Positions 44,502 to 53,973 are shown, counted from the first letter of the stretch. The stretch: 63,721 bases of DNA from Bellilinea sp. (GCA_037442545.1 JBBIQB010000001.1:1-63721), one strand, 5' to 3'. Translations and numbers: made by a program. Notes: generated from the sequence alone by a model not told the origin.

Positions 44502-46838
44502 ATGGCATTTACCCCCACCCACACCGACCGGTTGATAAACGTCCAGCTGGCGCTGGCGCAGTACCCCATCCTGTGCGGGCGCATCCGCCAGCAAATGCGC
44601 CGCGAACTGTTCACGCGCGGTATTATCCCCCCGGCAGATTTCGAAAACGAGGTACGCCGGCTGGCCATCCTCTCCCAGGAACGCGAAGGGCTGCGCAACC
44701 CGGTCGGCGAGGAACCCGCCGAGGTATGGGAAACGCGCATGGCGCGCATCCGCGATCACCTGACCGATCTGCGCTTCAGCCAGCACCTGACGCTGGAACT
44801 GCTGGAAACGACCATCAGCGAGGTGCTCAGCGAACGCGGCATCGACATGGTCGGGCTGATGCTCTCGCTCAACCCCGAAACCGCCCCGCTCGACCTGGTC
44901 TTCGAGCAAGCCATGACCATCGAGCACCTGCCACCCGCCGAGCGCGCCAATTACGAAGCCCGCCTGCAGGAAACCAAAGTGGTGCTGATTCGCAGCCTGA
45001 TCAGTGACCAGCTGCGCTACATCAACGTCGCCAAGCGCTGGTTCACCATCGACGACTTGCAGCAAATCCGCCGCCACAAGATCGGTCCCGGGCGCATCGG
45101 CGGTAAAGCCGCCGGCATGTTGCTGGCGCACCGCATTCTGCGCCAGTCGGCACAGTTAAGCCCCGATACCTGCCTGATCACGCCCGAATCGTTCTACATC
45201 GGCGCGGACGTGTTCTATTCGTTCATGTCGATCAACAACCTGTTCCACTGGAACGACCAAAAGTACAAGAACGAAAGTGAAATGCGCGCCGATTATCCCC
45301 ACATTCTGCGCGATTTCATGGACGGCGATTTTCGCCCCGACATCGCCCAGCGCCTGGAAGCCCTGCTGGGCGGGGTGGGTAAACAGCCGCTGATCGTGCG
45401 CTCCTCCAGCCTGCTGGAAGACAACTTCGGCACCGCCTTCGCCGGCAAGTACGAAAGCATCTTCCTGCCCAACCAGGGCAGCCCGTCGGAGAACCTGCGC
45501 GCGCTCACCCGCGCCATTGCCCGGGTGTACGCCTCCACGCTCAACCCCAATGCGCTGCTCTACCGGCGCTCGCGTGGCTTGCAGGACTACGACGAACGCA
45601 TGGCGGTGCTGATCCAGGTGGTGCAGGGCGAGCGCTTTGGGCGCTACTACCTGCCGCACGGTGCGGGGGTTGCCTTCAGCCGCAACCTGTACCGCTGGGC
45701 GCCGCAAATTCGCCGCGAGGAGGGCTTTGTCCGCCTGGTGTGGGGGCTGGGCACCCGCGCGGTTGACCGGGTGGGCAACGACTTCCCGCGCCTGATCGCG
45801 CTCAGCCACCCGCTGCTGCGCCCCTCCACCGAAGCCAAAGCCATCCGGCGCTATTCGCAGCAGTACGTGGACATGATTGACCTGGAGGACAACACCTTCA
45901 AGACCCTGCCGGTGGCGGAGGTGCTCAACGCCAACTACCCGCCGCTGCGCTACCTGGCGCAGGTGGAGGAGGACGGCTACTTCACCACCCTGCGCACGCG
46001 CTTCTTCGGCGACGACACCCGCGCGCTGGTGCTGACCTTCGAGGATATGCTGCGGCGCACACCCTTCGCCGAACGGATGCGCGAGATCCTGCGCTGCCTG
46101 GAGAAGAACTATGAAGCGGCGGTGGATTTGGAGTTCACCCTGTCGGTCGAGGAAAAGAACGGGCAGCCGGAACTGTGCATCACCATCCTGCAATGCCGCC
46201 CGCAAAGCCAGCTGCAAGTGACCGCCGCCGCGGCGCTGCCGACCGACCTCGACCCGCAGGATATCGTCTTCCAGACGCGCTTCGTCGTCCCGGAAGGCAA
46301 CATCGAGCAAATCAATTACGTCGTCTTCGTCCCCGCCGAGGGGTACTTCCGCCTGGCGAGCATGAACCTGCGCACCGATCTTGCCCGCGCCATTGGGCGG
46401 CTGAACGCCGCGTTGGAAAAGGAGCGCTTTATTTGCGTTGGTCCGGGGCGCTGGGGCAGCTCCAATTCCGACCTGGGCGTGCCGATCGACTATGGGGACA
46501 TCTACCACACGCGCGCGCTGGTGGAACTGGCTGGGCAGGGCTATGGGCTGCCGCCGGAGCCGTCGCTGGGGACGCACTTTTTCCAGGACCTGATCGAATC
46601 GGGGATTTACCCGCTGGCGGTCTACCTGGACAACCCCGGAAACACCTTCCAGCGCCAATTTTTCTATGAGACCCCCGACCGGTTGAGCGAATTTTTGGAG
46701 ATCGCCCCGGATCTGGCGGGCAGCCTGCGCCTGATCCGCGTGGCGGATTACCGCCCCGCCCACCACCTGCAAATTGTGATGAGCGACGACAAGGGCGTGG
46801 CGCTGGCGTTTGTGCAGCCGGACGACGGGGCAGGCTGA
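44502..46838 (+). CDS. PEP/pyruvate-binding (PPDK_N ATP-grasp) domain protein
   Basis: IGGKAAG, PLIVRSSSLLED, AFAGKY, MAVLIQ, WGLG, LQCRP, GPGRWGS, SLGTHFFQDL. Confidence 0.85.
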   Translation: MAFTPTHTDRLINVQLALAQYPILCGRIRQQMRRELFTRGIIPPADFENEVRRLAILSQEREGLRNPVGEEPAEVWETRMARIRDHLTDLRFSQHLTLELLETTISEVLSERGIDMVGLMLSLNPETAPLDLVFEQAMTIEHLPPAERANYEARLQETKVVLIRSLISDQLRYINVAKRWFTIDDLQQIRRHKIGPGRIGGKAAGMLLAHRILRQSAQLSPDTCLITPESFYIGADVFYSFMSINNLFHWNDQKYKNESEMRADYPHILRDFMDGDFRPDIAQRLEALLGGVGKQPLIVRSSSLLEDNFGTAFAGKYESIFLPNQGSPSENLRALTRAIARVYASTLNPNALLYRRSRGLQDYDERMAVLIQVVQGERFGRYYLPHGAGVAFSRNLYRWAPQIRREEGFVRLVWGLGTRAVDRVGNDFPRLIALSHPLLRPSTEAKAIRRYSQQYVDMIDLEDNTFKTLPVAEVLNANYPPLRYLAQVEEDGYFTTLRTRFFGDDTRALVLTFEDMLRRTPFAERMREILRCLEKNYEAAVDLEFTLSVEEKNGQPELCITILQCRPQSQLQVTAAAALPTDLDPQDIVFQTRFVVPEGNIEQINYVVFVPAEGYFRLASMNLRTDLARAIGRLNAALEKERFICVGPGRWGSSNSDLGVPIDYGDIYHTRALVELAGQGYGLPPEPSLGTHFFQDLIESGIYPLAVYLDNPGNTFQRQFFYETPDRLSEFLEIAPDLAGSLRLIRVADYRPAHHLQIVMSDDKGVALAFVQPDDGAG

Positions 46839-46841
46839 CGA

Positions 46842-47510
46842 TCAGGAAATTTTGAACCGTTCCAGCCCCTCGAAGGCGGACATCTCTTCCGAGAGCAGTT
46901 CGTACAGGTCGGTTTTGCGGCTGCGGAACGCCACCTCAACGTCCAGGTGCCGGTCTTTGATATTCTTGCGGATGGAGATGATTTTGGCGTTCAGGTGGTA
47001 GGTTTTCCACGCCTGGTTGAGTTCCTTGAGCACGCCCGGGCGGTCGCGCAGGTGTAGTTCAACCGTCACCGCCAGGTCGGGACCAAACATCTTTTTCTCC
47101 GCCAGGTCGAGCAGTTCCAGCACAACCAGCAGCAGCAGGGTGGCGGCAGCAGCCGGGACGAAATAGCCCGCGCCGACCACCAGTCCCACCACCGCCATCG
47201 TCCACAGCGAGGCGGCAGTGGTGAGTCCCTTGACGTTGGCACCGTAGCGCAGGATGGCACCCGCGCCAAGGAAGCCAATGCCGGAGACGACCTGCGCCGC
47301 CAGGCGCGCCGGATCGCCGTTGGGGGTCAGGAAGCGAAATTCCATTGCCAGGTTGATCGAGAGCGACATTGCCAGGGAAGCGCCGACCACCAGGACGATG
47401 TGGGTGCGCCAGCCGGCGGGCTGGTTCTGGCGCTCGCGCTCGAAGCCGATCACCGCGCCGAGGGCGGTGGCGACGAGGGCACGGATGAGGATATCGACAT
47501 CACTGATCAT
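46842..47510 (-). CDS. MgtC/SapB family protein with ACT-like C-terminus
   Basis: IGFERE...AGWRTH, DPARLAAQVVSGIGFLGAG, GLTTAASLW. Confidence 0.92.
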   Translation of the reverse strand: MISDVDILIRALVATALGAVIGFERERQNQPAGWRTHIVLVVGASLAMSLSINLAMEFRFLTPNGDPARLAAQVVSGIGFLGAGAILRYGANVKGLTTAASLWTMAVVGLVVGAGYFVPAAAATLLLLVVLELLDLAEKKMFGPDLAVTVELHLRDRPGVLKELNQAWKTYHLNAKIISIRKNIKDRHLDVEVAFRSRKTDLYELLSEEMSAFEGLERFKIS

Positions 47511-47658
47511 GGGATACTCCGTAAAGGGTGAGTAAATAGAACATTATTTCTATTTATTAAGAGGAGCAACTACTGGCGGGCAGCGGAATTAACAGCAGTA
47601 TACCATAGCAGCGGCGCGGTTGTTCATACAGCCAGCGGCGGGGCGAACTTACCCACGC

Positions 47659-47674
47659 GGTTTCACGTGAAACA
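47659..47674. promoter_or_regulatory. parS site 1
   Basis: GGTTTCACGTGAAACA, 15/16 match to TGTTTCACGTGAAACA. Confidence 0.88.
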
Positions 47675-47686
47675 ACGACAGCCCTG

Positions 47687-47702
47687 TGTTTCACGTGAAA
47701 CC
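47687..47702. promoter_or_regulatory. parS site 2
   Basis: TGTTTCACGTGAAACC, 15/16 match, 12 bp from site 1. Confidence 0.88.
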
Positions 47703-47711
47703 CGTCTGAGA

Positions 47712-48473
47712 TCACAACTCCTGGCGGCGGAACGCCAGCCAGGCTGCCAGCAGCGCCGCCGCGATCAGCCCGGCGCTGACCCCCACTGCGCCCCAGTAAG
47801 TCTTGCCCGCCTCCACCCACAGCAGCCCGCTCCAGTTGACCAGTTGGGCAGGCAGATAGACCGCCAGCGCCGGGCTGATGCCGATCACCCCCAGGGCGAG
47901 CAGCACAGCAAACGACAACCCGGCTGCCAGCGCCTGGCTGCGCGTTAGCGTGCTAAACAGCAGCGTCAGCGCCGTATACACCATCACGTACAACAGCAGC
48001 AGCGCATTCATCACCAGCCACTGGTCGAGCGGCAAAAACTCAAACAGCAGACCGGTGTAGTAATAGCCCGCCAGCCCCGCCAGCAAAAAACCGGCAGCAA
48101 AGAGCAGCAGGTAGGCAGCCGCCTTCGCCAACAGAAAGGTCGCCCGCGGCAAGGGCTTGGACAGCACCAGTGCCGCCGTGCCGCGCTCCTTTTCGCCCGC
48201 CACGGCGCCCATCGGCAGCAGAATGGCAAACAGGACGGCAAACTGGCTCAAATTTTTGACGTACTGCGCGACCGCGTCGACCACCGCCGGCGGGGGAATT
48301 AACCCGGCAAAGGCTTCTGCACCGGGCACGGCAGTAAGAATCTGCGGAGTAAAGTACGCCAGCAGCGGTGAGGTCAACCCAAACAGGGTCAAGACCACCA
48401 GTACCACCAAAAAACGGTAGGTGCGCCACTGCTCGCGCAATTCTTTGGAAAGCGCCGCGAAAAACAGGTTCAT
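47712..48473 (-). CDS. ABC-2 type exporter permease
   Basis: KELREQWRT, GEKERGTAALVLSKPLPR, C-terminal FRRQEL. Confidence 0.88.
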   Translation of the reverse strand: MNLFFAALSKELREQWRTYRFLVVLVVLTLFGLTSPLLAYFTPQILTAVPGAEAFAGLIPPPAVVDAVAQYVKNLSQFAVLFAILLPMGAVAGEKERGTAALVLSKPLPRATFLLAKAAAYLLLFAAGFLLAGLAGYYYTGLLFEFLPLDQWLVMNALLLLYVMVYTALTLLFSTLTRSQALAAGLSFAVLLALGVIGISPALAVYLPAQLVNWSGLLWVEAGKTYWGAVGVSAGLIAAALLAAWLAFRRQEL

Positions 48474-49408
48474 CGGTCGATCTCCTCGTTCACCAGTTCC
48501 AGAAAGACTTCCTCCAGCGAGGGCTTGACCACCTCGAAGCGCTCAACCGCCAGCCCGCTGCGCGCCAGAGCTTCCAGCAGCTGGCGGCGCGCGGCGTCCA
48601 GATCGCGCACGCGGATGCGCGCGGCGTTTTCCTCCACCCGTACCTGCTCGACGTATGCCTCGCCGCTGATCTGCTTCGCCCAGGCGCTCAGGTCACTGCC
48701 GCCATTGGCGGTCACTTCCACCCGGAAGACCGGCGCGGTGTAGGCGTCCAGCAGCTGCTCCTGGCGGGCAACGCGCGCCATGCGCCCCTTGTGAATGATG
48801 CCAACCGTATCGCACACCCGCTCGACATCCGCCAGGATGTGGGTGGACATGAACACGGTACACTGCCCGCGCAGCCCGGCAATCATCTCGAGCACGTCGC
48901 GCCGGCCGGCGGGATCCAGCGCCGAGGCTGGCTCGTCGAGGAACAGCACTTGCGGGCGGTTGACCAGTGACTGGGCAATCCCCAGCCGCTGGCGCATACC
49001 GCGCGAAAAGCCGCGAATCACCCGCCGGCGCACCTCCCACAGCCCAACCAGGCGCAGCAACTCCTCCGCGCGCTGGCGGCGGGCAGCCGCGCCCAGCCCG
49101 AACAGCTGACCGGTGTATTCCAGAAATTCCTGCGCGCGCATCCAGGCATAGAAGGGCGGCTCTTCGGGCAGGTAGCCGATCTTGCGCGCCAGCACGCCGT
49201 TATGCCCGATTTCTACCCCCGCCACCCGCGCGGTACCGCTGCTGGCGCGCGCCAGCCCGGTCAGAATGCGGATGGTGGTGGTCTTGCCCGCCCCGTTGGC
49301 ACCGAGGAAGCCAAACACGCTGCCCTCGGCGACTTGCAGGCTCAAACCGTCCAGCGCGCGCACCGCACCGTAGGTTTTGGTCAGGTTTTCGATGCCAATC
49401 GCGCTCAT
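48470..49408 (-). CDS. ABC-2 type exporter ATP-binding protein
   Basis: GANGAGKTT, FSRGMRQR, FLDEP, STH. Confidence 0.92.
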   Translation of the reverse strand: MSAIGIENLTKTYGAVRALDGLSLQVAEGSVFGFLGANGAGKTTTIRILTGLARASSGTARVAGVEIGHNGVLARKIGYLPEEPPFYAWMRAQEFLEYTGQLFGLGAAARRQRAEELLRLVGLWEVRRRVIRGFSRGMRQRLGIAQSLVNRPQVLFLDEPASALDPAGRRDVLEMIAGLRGQCTVFMSTHILADVERVCDTVGIIHKGRMARVARQEQLLDAYTAPVFRVEVTANGGSDLSAWAKQISGEAYVEQVRVEENAARIRVRDLDAARRQLLEALARSGLAVERFEVVKPSLEEVFLELVNEEIDR

Positions 49409-49608
49409 TCATCCCGCCTTCCAAACAGCAGGTAGAGGATCGGTCCAAAAATATTGAAGAGCAACACTACCACCAGCCAGACCCACTTGGGTCCACGAGT
49501 CTGCTCGCGGCGGGCAAGGTCGATCAGCGCGACCAGCATGAGGATGATCTGCAACAAGATTACCGGGATCATAAAAGGCAAATAGCGGGATAATTCGTCC
49601 AGGTTCAT
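49405..49608 (-). CDS. PLD nuclease N-terminal (PLDc_N) small membrane protein
   Basis: MNLDEL...ALIDL...KWVW...FNIFGPILYLLFGR; GGAG RBS. Confidence 0.82.
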   Translation of the reverse strand: MNLDELSRYLPFMIPVILLQIILMLVALIDLARREQTRGPKWVWLVVVLLFNIFGPILYLLFGRRDE

Positions 49609-50546
49609 GCTTGTTTCTCCTTGTTTTGCTGCGCCAGGCTGACCATGCCGCTCAGCCCGCCCAGGTTCATCGTGTCCACCGCGCTGGAGGGCACGATCAC
49701 CAGCGCGCCTTTTTCCTTCAAGCCCTCGAAGAGCATGTTCATCGCCCGCAGGTGCAGCGCGGTGGGGTTGTCGATGTACGCCTGCGAGGCTTGGGCAAAA
49801 CTGGCAGCAATCTGCATTTCCGATTCGCCCAGGATGACCCGCGCCTGGCGTTCGCGCTCGGCTTGCGCCTGGCGGCTCATCGCGTCTTCCAAACCCTGCG
49901 GGATGACGATATCGCGGATCTCGACCGATTGGACGGTAATGCCCCACGGGGTGGTGCGCTCGTCGATGATGTGCTGCAACTCGGCGTCCATCTTTGCCCG
50001 TCCGACCAGGATGTCGGAGAGCGGCTTCTGCCCGATCACCTCGCGCAGGGCAGTTTGGGCTGCCCAGGCGATGGCGGTCTGGTAGTTCTCGACCTCCAGC
50101 GCGGCTTTCTCAGCGTCCCACACGATCCAGAACAGCACCGCGTCCACGTCCACCGGCACGGTATCGCGGGTGAGCGTCTTTTTAGCGTCGAAGGGAGTGA
50201 CGATCACACGGTGGTCGATCCAGGTGGTGACCTGGTCGATCAGCGGCAGGATGATGAACAACCCGGGTCCGCGCAGCCCGGCGAACTTTCCGAAGCGCAG
50301 CACCACCGCCTTTTCCCACTGGCGCGCCACCTGAATGGCGAACAACGTGGTTGCCCCCAGCAGCACAAAGGCGCTGAAAAACACGCCCACCCAAAGATCG
50401 CTGACCTGTCCGTCGAGGGCGATGGCGCCAAGCACGCCCGCCAGGAAAAAGACGGTCGCCACCGCCGCGCCAATGCCGCTGACGCGGAAATCAAGCTCTG
50501 CCCGCGGGCGGGTGGATTTTTCACGAGGGGTTTCTTTTTTAATCAT
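49605..50546 (-). CDS. SPFH/stomatin (slipin) family protein
   Basis: QWEKAVVLRFG, GPGLF, LTRDTVPVDVDAV, AQTALR, AMSRQAQAERERQAR. Confidence 0.92.
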   Translation of the reverse strand: MIKKETPREKSTRPRAELDFRVSGIGAAVATVFFLAGVLGAIALDGQVSDLWVGVFFSAFVLLGATTLFAIQVARQWEKAVVLRFGKFAGLRGPGLFIILPLIDQVTTWIDHRVIVTPFDAKKTLTRDTVPVDVDAVLFWIVWDAEKAALEVENYQTAIAWAAQTALREVIGQKPLSDILVGRAKMDAELQHIIDERTTPWGITVQSVEIRDIVIPQGLEDAMSRQAQAERERQARVILGESEMQIAASFAQASQAYIDNPTALHLRAMNMLFEGLKEKGALVIVPSSAVDTMNLGGLSGMVSLAQQNKEKQA

Positions 50547-50643
50547 GGTGATCTTCTCCTGTTCTGCAATAATGCCGTTTCTTGGGGCGGGATGCGCACG
50601 GCTTCGGCTGGACGGCACGAAGCGGGCAGCCGGTAAAAAAGCA

Positions 50644-51048
50644 TCACGAATTCTCCTCGGCGGCAATCTCCTGGAATGCCGCGCTGATCTGGGCGTGGAT
50701 GTCGGCAGCGGTAAAACCGAGCGCCAGCGCATCGCGCAGGTAGTGGCGGGTGATCTGTTCCAGCGCGGTGCGGCGCTGGCGCTGGCGTTCGCCGGCTTCG
50801 CTGGCGGACCAGATGTAGGTGCCGCGTCCCTGCTGGGTGGAGATCAGCCCCATGCTATCCAGGATGCGGTAGGCGCGCGCCACGGTGTTGAAGTTGACCC
50901 GCAGATCGGTGGCGAGCTGGCGCACGGTGGGCAGCTGGTCGCCCGGCTTGAGATCACCGCCCAGCACCCGGTTGCGAATCTGCTCGACGATTTGGGTGGT
51001 GATAGGCGCTTCGGAGCGAAAATCGATCCGCAGGCTGAGTTCAGGCAC
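50644..51048 (-). CDS. GntR-family regulator (YtrA subfamily)
   Basis: LKPGDQLPTVRQLA...VNFNTVARAY...QGRGTY with a short C-terminus. Confidence 0.9.
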   Translation of the reverse strand: MPELSLRIDFRSEAPITTQIVEQIRNRVLGGDLKPGDQLPTVRQLATDLRVNFNTVARAYRILDSMGLISTQQGRGTYIWSASEAGERQRQRRTALEQITRHYLRDALALGFTAADIHAQISAAFQEIAAEENS

Positions 51049-51072
51049 GCTGTTCTCTGGTTGGAGGAGGGC

Positions 51073-51126
51073 AATTGTATAATTGTATCATTGAATAATT
51101 GTATAGCGAATGGACACGTTTGTCAA
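51073..51126 (-). promoter_or_regulatory. GntR operon promoter with AATTGTAT repeats
   Basis: TTGACA-N17-TACAAT (51126-51098); AATTGTAT at 51073, 51081 and 51097. Confidence 0.7.
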
Positions 51127-51159
51127 GGGGAATTGAGCAGACCGCACGCGCGGAAAAGA

Positions 51160-51188
51160 GCGTACCCTTGGACAGGATCAGGGTACGC
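51160..51188. repeat. REP-like element
   Basis: GCGTACCCTTGGACAGGATCAGGGTACGC, a variant of CCCTTCGACAGGCTCAGGG with self-complementary ends. Confidence 0.55.
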
Positions 51189-51236
51189 CCCATGCCCGCG
51201 CGGGAGGCGGCTCGCTTACCCGGCAGCCAGCGCGGT

Positions 51237-51977
51237 TTACTGAGCGATCGACCGCTTCTGGCGCAGGTCGCGGTACAACCACAACAGCAGCCAGGTGCGG
51301 TAGGCGGCTTCGACCTGAATGCGCAGCGACATCTTCGACTGCCCCCAGCGCCGGTCGGCGAAGTGAATTGGGATTTCGCGCGAGCGGAAACCGAGCAGGT
51401 GCGCCAGGTAAATCATCTCCACCTGGAAGACGTACCCGTTGGAGCGCACCCGTTCGAGCGGCATGCGTTTGAGCGTCTCGCGCCGCCACAGGCGGAACCC
51501 GCCGGTCACGTCCTTGACCGGGATACCCAGGATGGTGCGCGCGTACAGGTTGCCGAAGGACGACAACCCCTTGCGCCAGAAGGGCCAGCGCTCGTCCAGG
51601 CTGCCGCCCGGAACGTAGCGCGAACCAAGGGCAACGTCGCACTGTTTGAGCGCGGCAGCCAGCTCGACCATCTTCTCCGGCGGGTGGGAAAAATCTGCAT
51701 CCATCTGGCAGACCGCCTCGGCGCCCAGGTTGAGCGCGCGCTCGAAACCCTGAATGTAGGCGCTGCCCAGCCCCAGTTTGCCCGAGCGGTGCATCACAAA
51801 CAGGCGGCCGTTGGAAGCCGCCGCCAGTTCCTCGGCGATCTGCCCGCTGCCGTCCGGGCTGTTGTCGTCCACAATCAGCAGCGACAGGTCCGGCAGGGGC
51901 AGCGAGAGCAGGGTTTCACTCAGGCGGGGGAGATTTTCGGCTTCATTATATGTGGGAATAACGGCAATGATTTTCAT
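51237..51977 (-). CDS. Polyprenol monophosphomannose synthase-like GT2 glycosyltransferase
   Basis: IPTYNE, VDDNSPDG, KLGLGSAY, QMDADFSH, GSRY, SNGYVFQVE. Confidence 0.9.
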   Translation of the reverse strand: MKIIAVIPTYNEAENLPRLSETLLSLPLPDLSLLIVDDNSPDGSGQIAEELAAASNGRLFVMHRSGKLGLGSAYIQGFERALNLGAEAVCQMDADFSHPPEKMVELAAALKQCDVALGSRYVPGGSLDERWPFWRKGLSSFGNLYARTILGIPVKDVTGGFRLWRRETLKRMPLERVRSNGYVFQVEMIYLAHLLGFRSREIPIHFADRRWGQSKMSLRIQVEAAYRTWLLLWLYRDLRQKRSIAQ

Positions 51978-52843
51978 CAGGTTGCGCCTTGAACCATTTC
52001 TTGCAGGCAGGAACGCACTTGTTCCAGGTCACGCAGCGCTTTTCCCGGCGCGGGCTGCAGCTCCTGCACCGCAATAGTCAAGCCCTGTTCGCGAAACACG
52101 CCCCGTGAACGGTCCTGGTCGCGGTAAAAATAGTCGAAGGACTGTTCCAGGCGCTTCTTTGCCCGCTCGCTGAAGACCGCGCGGCTTTCCAGGCGGGCGA
52201 TCGCCACGAAATTGGTCTGGGTCAGGTGACCCAAAAAGAACCCGGCCGGACTCATCTCGCCCAGCAGGTCGTGCAGCATCAGCCCAACCGCGCGCAGCAG
52301 ATCGTCCGAGGCGACGAAACCGTACACCTCGCGAAAGTGATCCAGGTTGCGCAGCGAAACGGTGAACAGGGCGGCGGTGCTGTCGTTCAGCCAGGCTTGC
52401 AGCTGCTCGTCCACCAGTCCGCCCTCCGGCAAACCAGTGACCGGGTTAGTCAGCGAACCCTGGCGAGCGCGGCGCAGCGTGTTGCGCACGCGCAGGCGCA
52501 ATTCCTGGATATCGAACGGCTTGGTAATGTAATCCTCGGCGCTCAGTTGCAGCCCGCGCAGGCGGTCGCTGCGCTCGCGGCGTTCGGTCAGGAACAGAAT
52601 CGGGATGTCCTTGGTCTTGCGGTGCTGGCGCAACTGGCGGGCGACCTCGAAACCGTCGATGTCCGGCAGGCGGATATCCAGGATGATCAGATCGGGCAGG
52701 GTGGCGAGCGCGGCGCGCACGCCGTCCTCGCCCCAGTTGACCGCATGGACTTCATACCCCTGCACCTGGAAGTAGGCATTGAGCATTTCGGCTACATCCA
52801 GGTCGTCTTCGACAATCAGCAGGGTTGCCTTTTCATCTTCCAC
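51977..52843 (-). CDS. Response regulator with degenerate GGDEF domain
   Basis: REC motifs VEDD, LDIRLPD, ITKPF; NPVTGLP and FREVYGF, but GGDEF is replaced by LTQTN. Confidence 0.85.
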   Translation of the reverse strand: MEDEKATLLIVEDDLDVAEMLNAYFQVQGYEVHAVNWGEDGVRAALATLPDLIILDIRLPDIDGFEVARQLRQHRKTKDIPILFLTERRERSDRLRGLQLSAEDYITKPFDIQELRLRVRNTLRRARQGSLTNPVTGLPEGGLVDEQLQAWLNDSTAALFTVSLRNLDHFREVYGFVASDDLLRAVGLMLHDLLGEMSPAGFFLGHLTQTNFVAIARLESRAVFSERAKKRLEQSFDYFYRDQDRSRGVFREQGLTIAVQELQPAPGKALRDLEQVRSCLQEMVQGAT

Positions 52844-52862
52844 GGGGGATTTACGTCCAATG

Positions 52863-53495
52863 TCAGTTAACAGGTTCTTTGAGAATCACGAAGTCGCAGG
52901 TCGGGTCGCCAACCGAATGGGCGGTGACCTGATTGACGCGGAATTCATGCCCGCCAGAGACCCACTTCAGCCCCTCGTGAAGCAGGCCGGTGGCGATGAA
53001 ACAAGCCGGTTTGTCGGTGCGACGCCCCCAGCAAACCGGACAGCGGTGGATGAGATACAAAAAGTGATCGTCTTTTTCCTCGACCGTCGAGTGTTGGTCG
53101 CTGGTCTGGGTGAAGATGCGCGCCATGGCAGGCAAGCCGATGCGCAGTTTGGCTTGCAGCGGCAGCACCTTGAACGCCAGGTCGCCCACCCCTGCCAGGG
53201 CGCCAAAGTTGCGCAGTCCGGCGTCAAAGGTTGCCCTTCCGGCGCGCAGCGCCAAGCCGCGTCCGCCGCGCGGACCGTACATTTCTTCCAGCGCGCCCTG
53301 AATAGCGGAAAAATCGGCGAAATCGAACTGGCGCTCCAGGTTGTCGGGTGGGTAATTGTTGATCAGGTGGGGCAGCCCAGCCAGGTTGAGGATGGCGTTG
53401 AGACCATTTTTGCCCATCACCTCTTCGTAGGCAAGAATGGCAAGCCGGGCTATTTTGTTGGGATAATAAAAGCCGCTTTTAGGGATCGGTTCCAT
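52863..53495 (-). CDS. V4R-domain protein
   Basis: YYPNK...EEVMGKNGLNAIL, CPVCWG...C...GLL, GDPTCDF. Confidence 0.85.
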   Translation of the reverse strand: MEPIPKSGFYYPNKIARLAILAYEEVMGKNGLNAILNLAGLPHLINNYPPDNLERQFDFADFSAIQGALEEMYGPRGGRGLALRAGRATFDAGLRNFGALAGVGDLAFKVLPLQAKLRIGLPAMARIFTQTSDQHSTVEEKDDHFLYLIHRCPVCWGRRTDKPACFIATGLLHEGLKWVSGGHEFRVNQVTAHSVGDPTCDFVILKEPVN

Positions 53496-53510
53496 GGTTT
53501 GTCCGCGCCT

Positions 53511-53882
53511 TTAGATCAACCGGGAAAGGTCTTCCGCGGCACGGCGCATGTCCAGTAAAATCAAGCCCAGTTTCGCCTGTTCGCGCGCCAGGGTGGTCAG
53601 CACGGCTTCCTCGCCAACCGACATTAACACCACATAGCCTTTTTCGCCGCGGATGTAAACCTGTTGGATTTCCCCTCTGCCCAGTTCACCGGCGATGCGT
53701 TCGCCCAGCGCCAGCATTGCCGCCGACATTGCCGAAACGCGGTCTTCTTCCACGCCCTGCGGGAGCGCCGAGGCAATCGTCAAACCGTCGATGCTGACCA
53801 CCGCCGAGGCTTCAATATCCGGAGAGGATGCCTGCAATTCGCGCAAGCGTTCAACCATCAATTGGGTGCGTGTTTTTGTCAA
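53511..53882 (-). CDS. Roadblock/LC7 domain protein (MglB-like)
   Basis: IEASAVVSIDGLTIASALP...RVSAMSAA...LGRG...AKLGLI. Confidence 0.9.
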   Translation of the reverse strand: MTKTRTQLMVERLRELQASSPDIEASAVVSIDGLTIASALPQGVEEDRVSAMSAAMLALGERIAGELGRGEIQQVYIRGEKGYVVLMSVGEEAVLTTLAREQAKLGLILLDMRRAAEDLSRLI

Positions 53883-53944
53883 GACGGAACTCCTGGGGGG
53901 ACAAATTTTGCCCGCACCAATGCGGGTCTGGCAGACCTGATATT

Positions 53945-53973
53945 ACTTTAGCATAGGGTCATGGGGGTGTCAA
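53945..53973 (-). promoter_or_regulatory. Promoter of the roadblock/V4R/REC/GT2 operon
   Basis: TTGACA-N17-TAAAGT on the minus strand. Confidence 0.65.
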
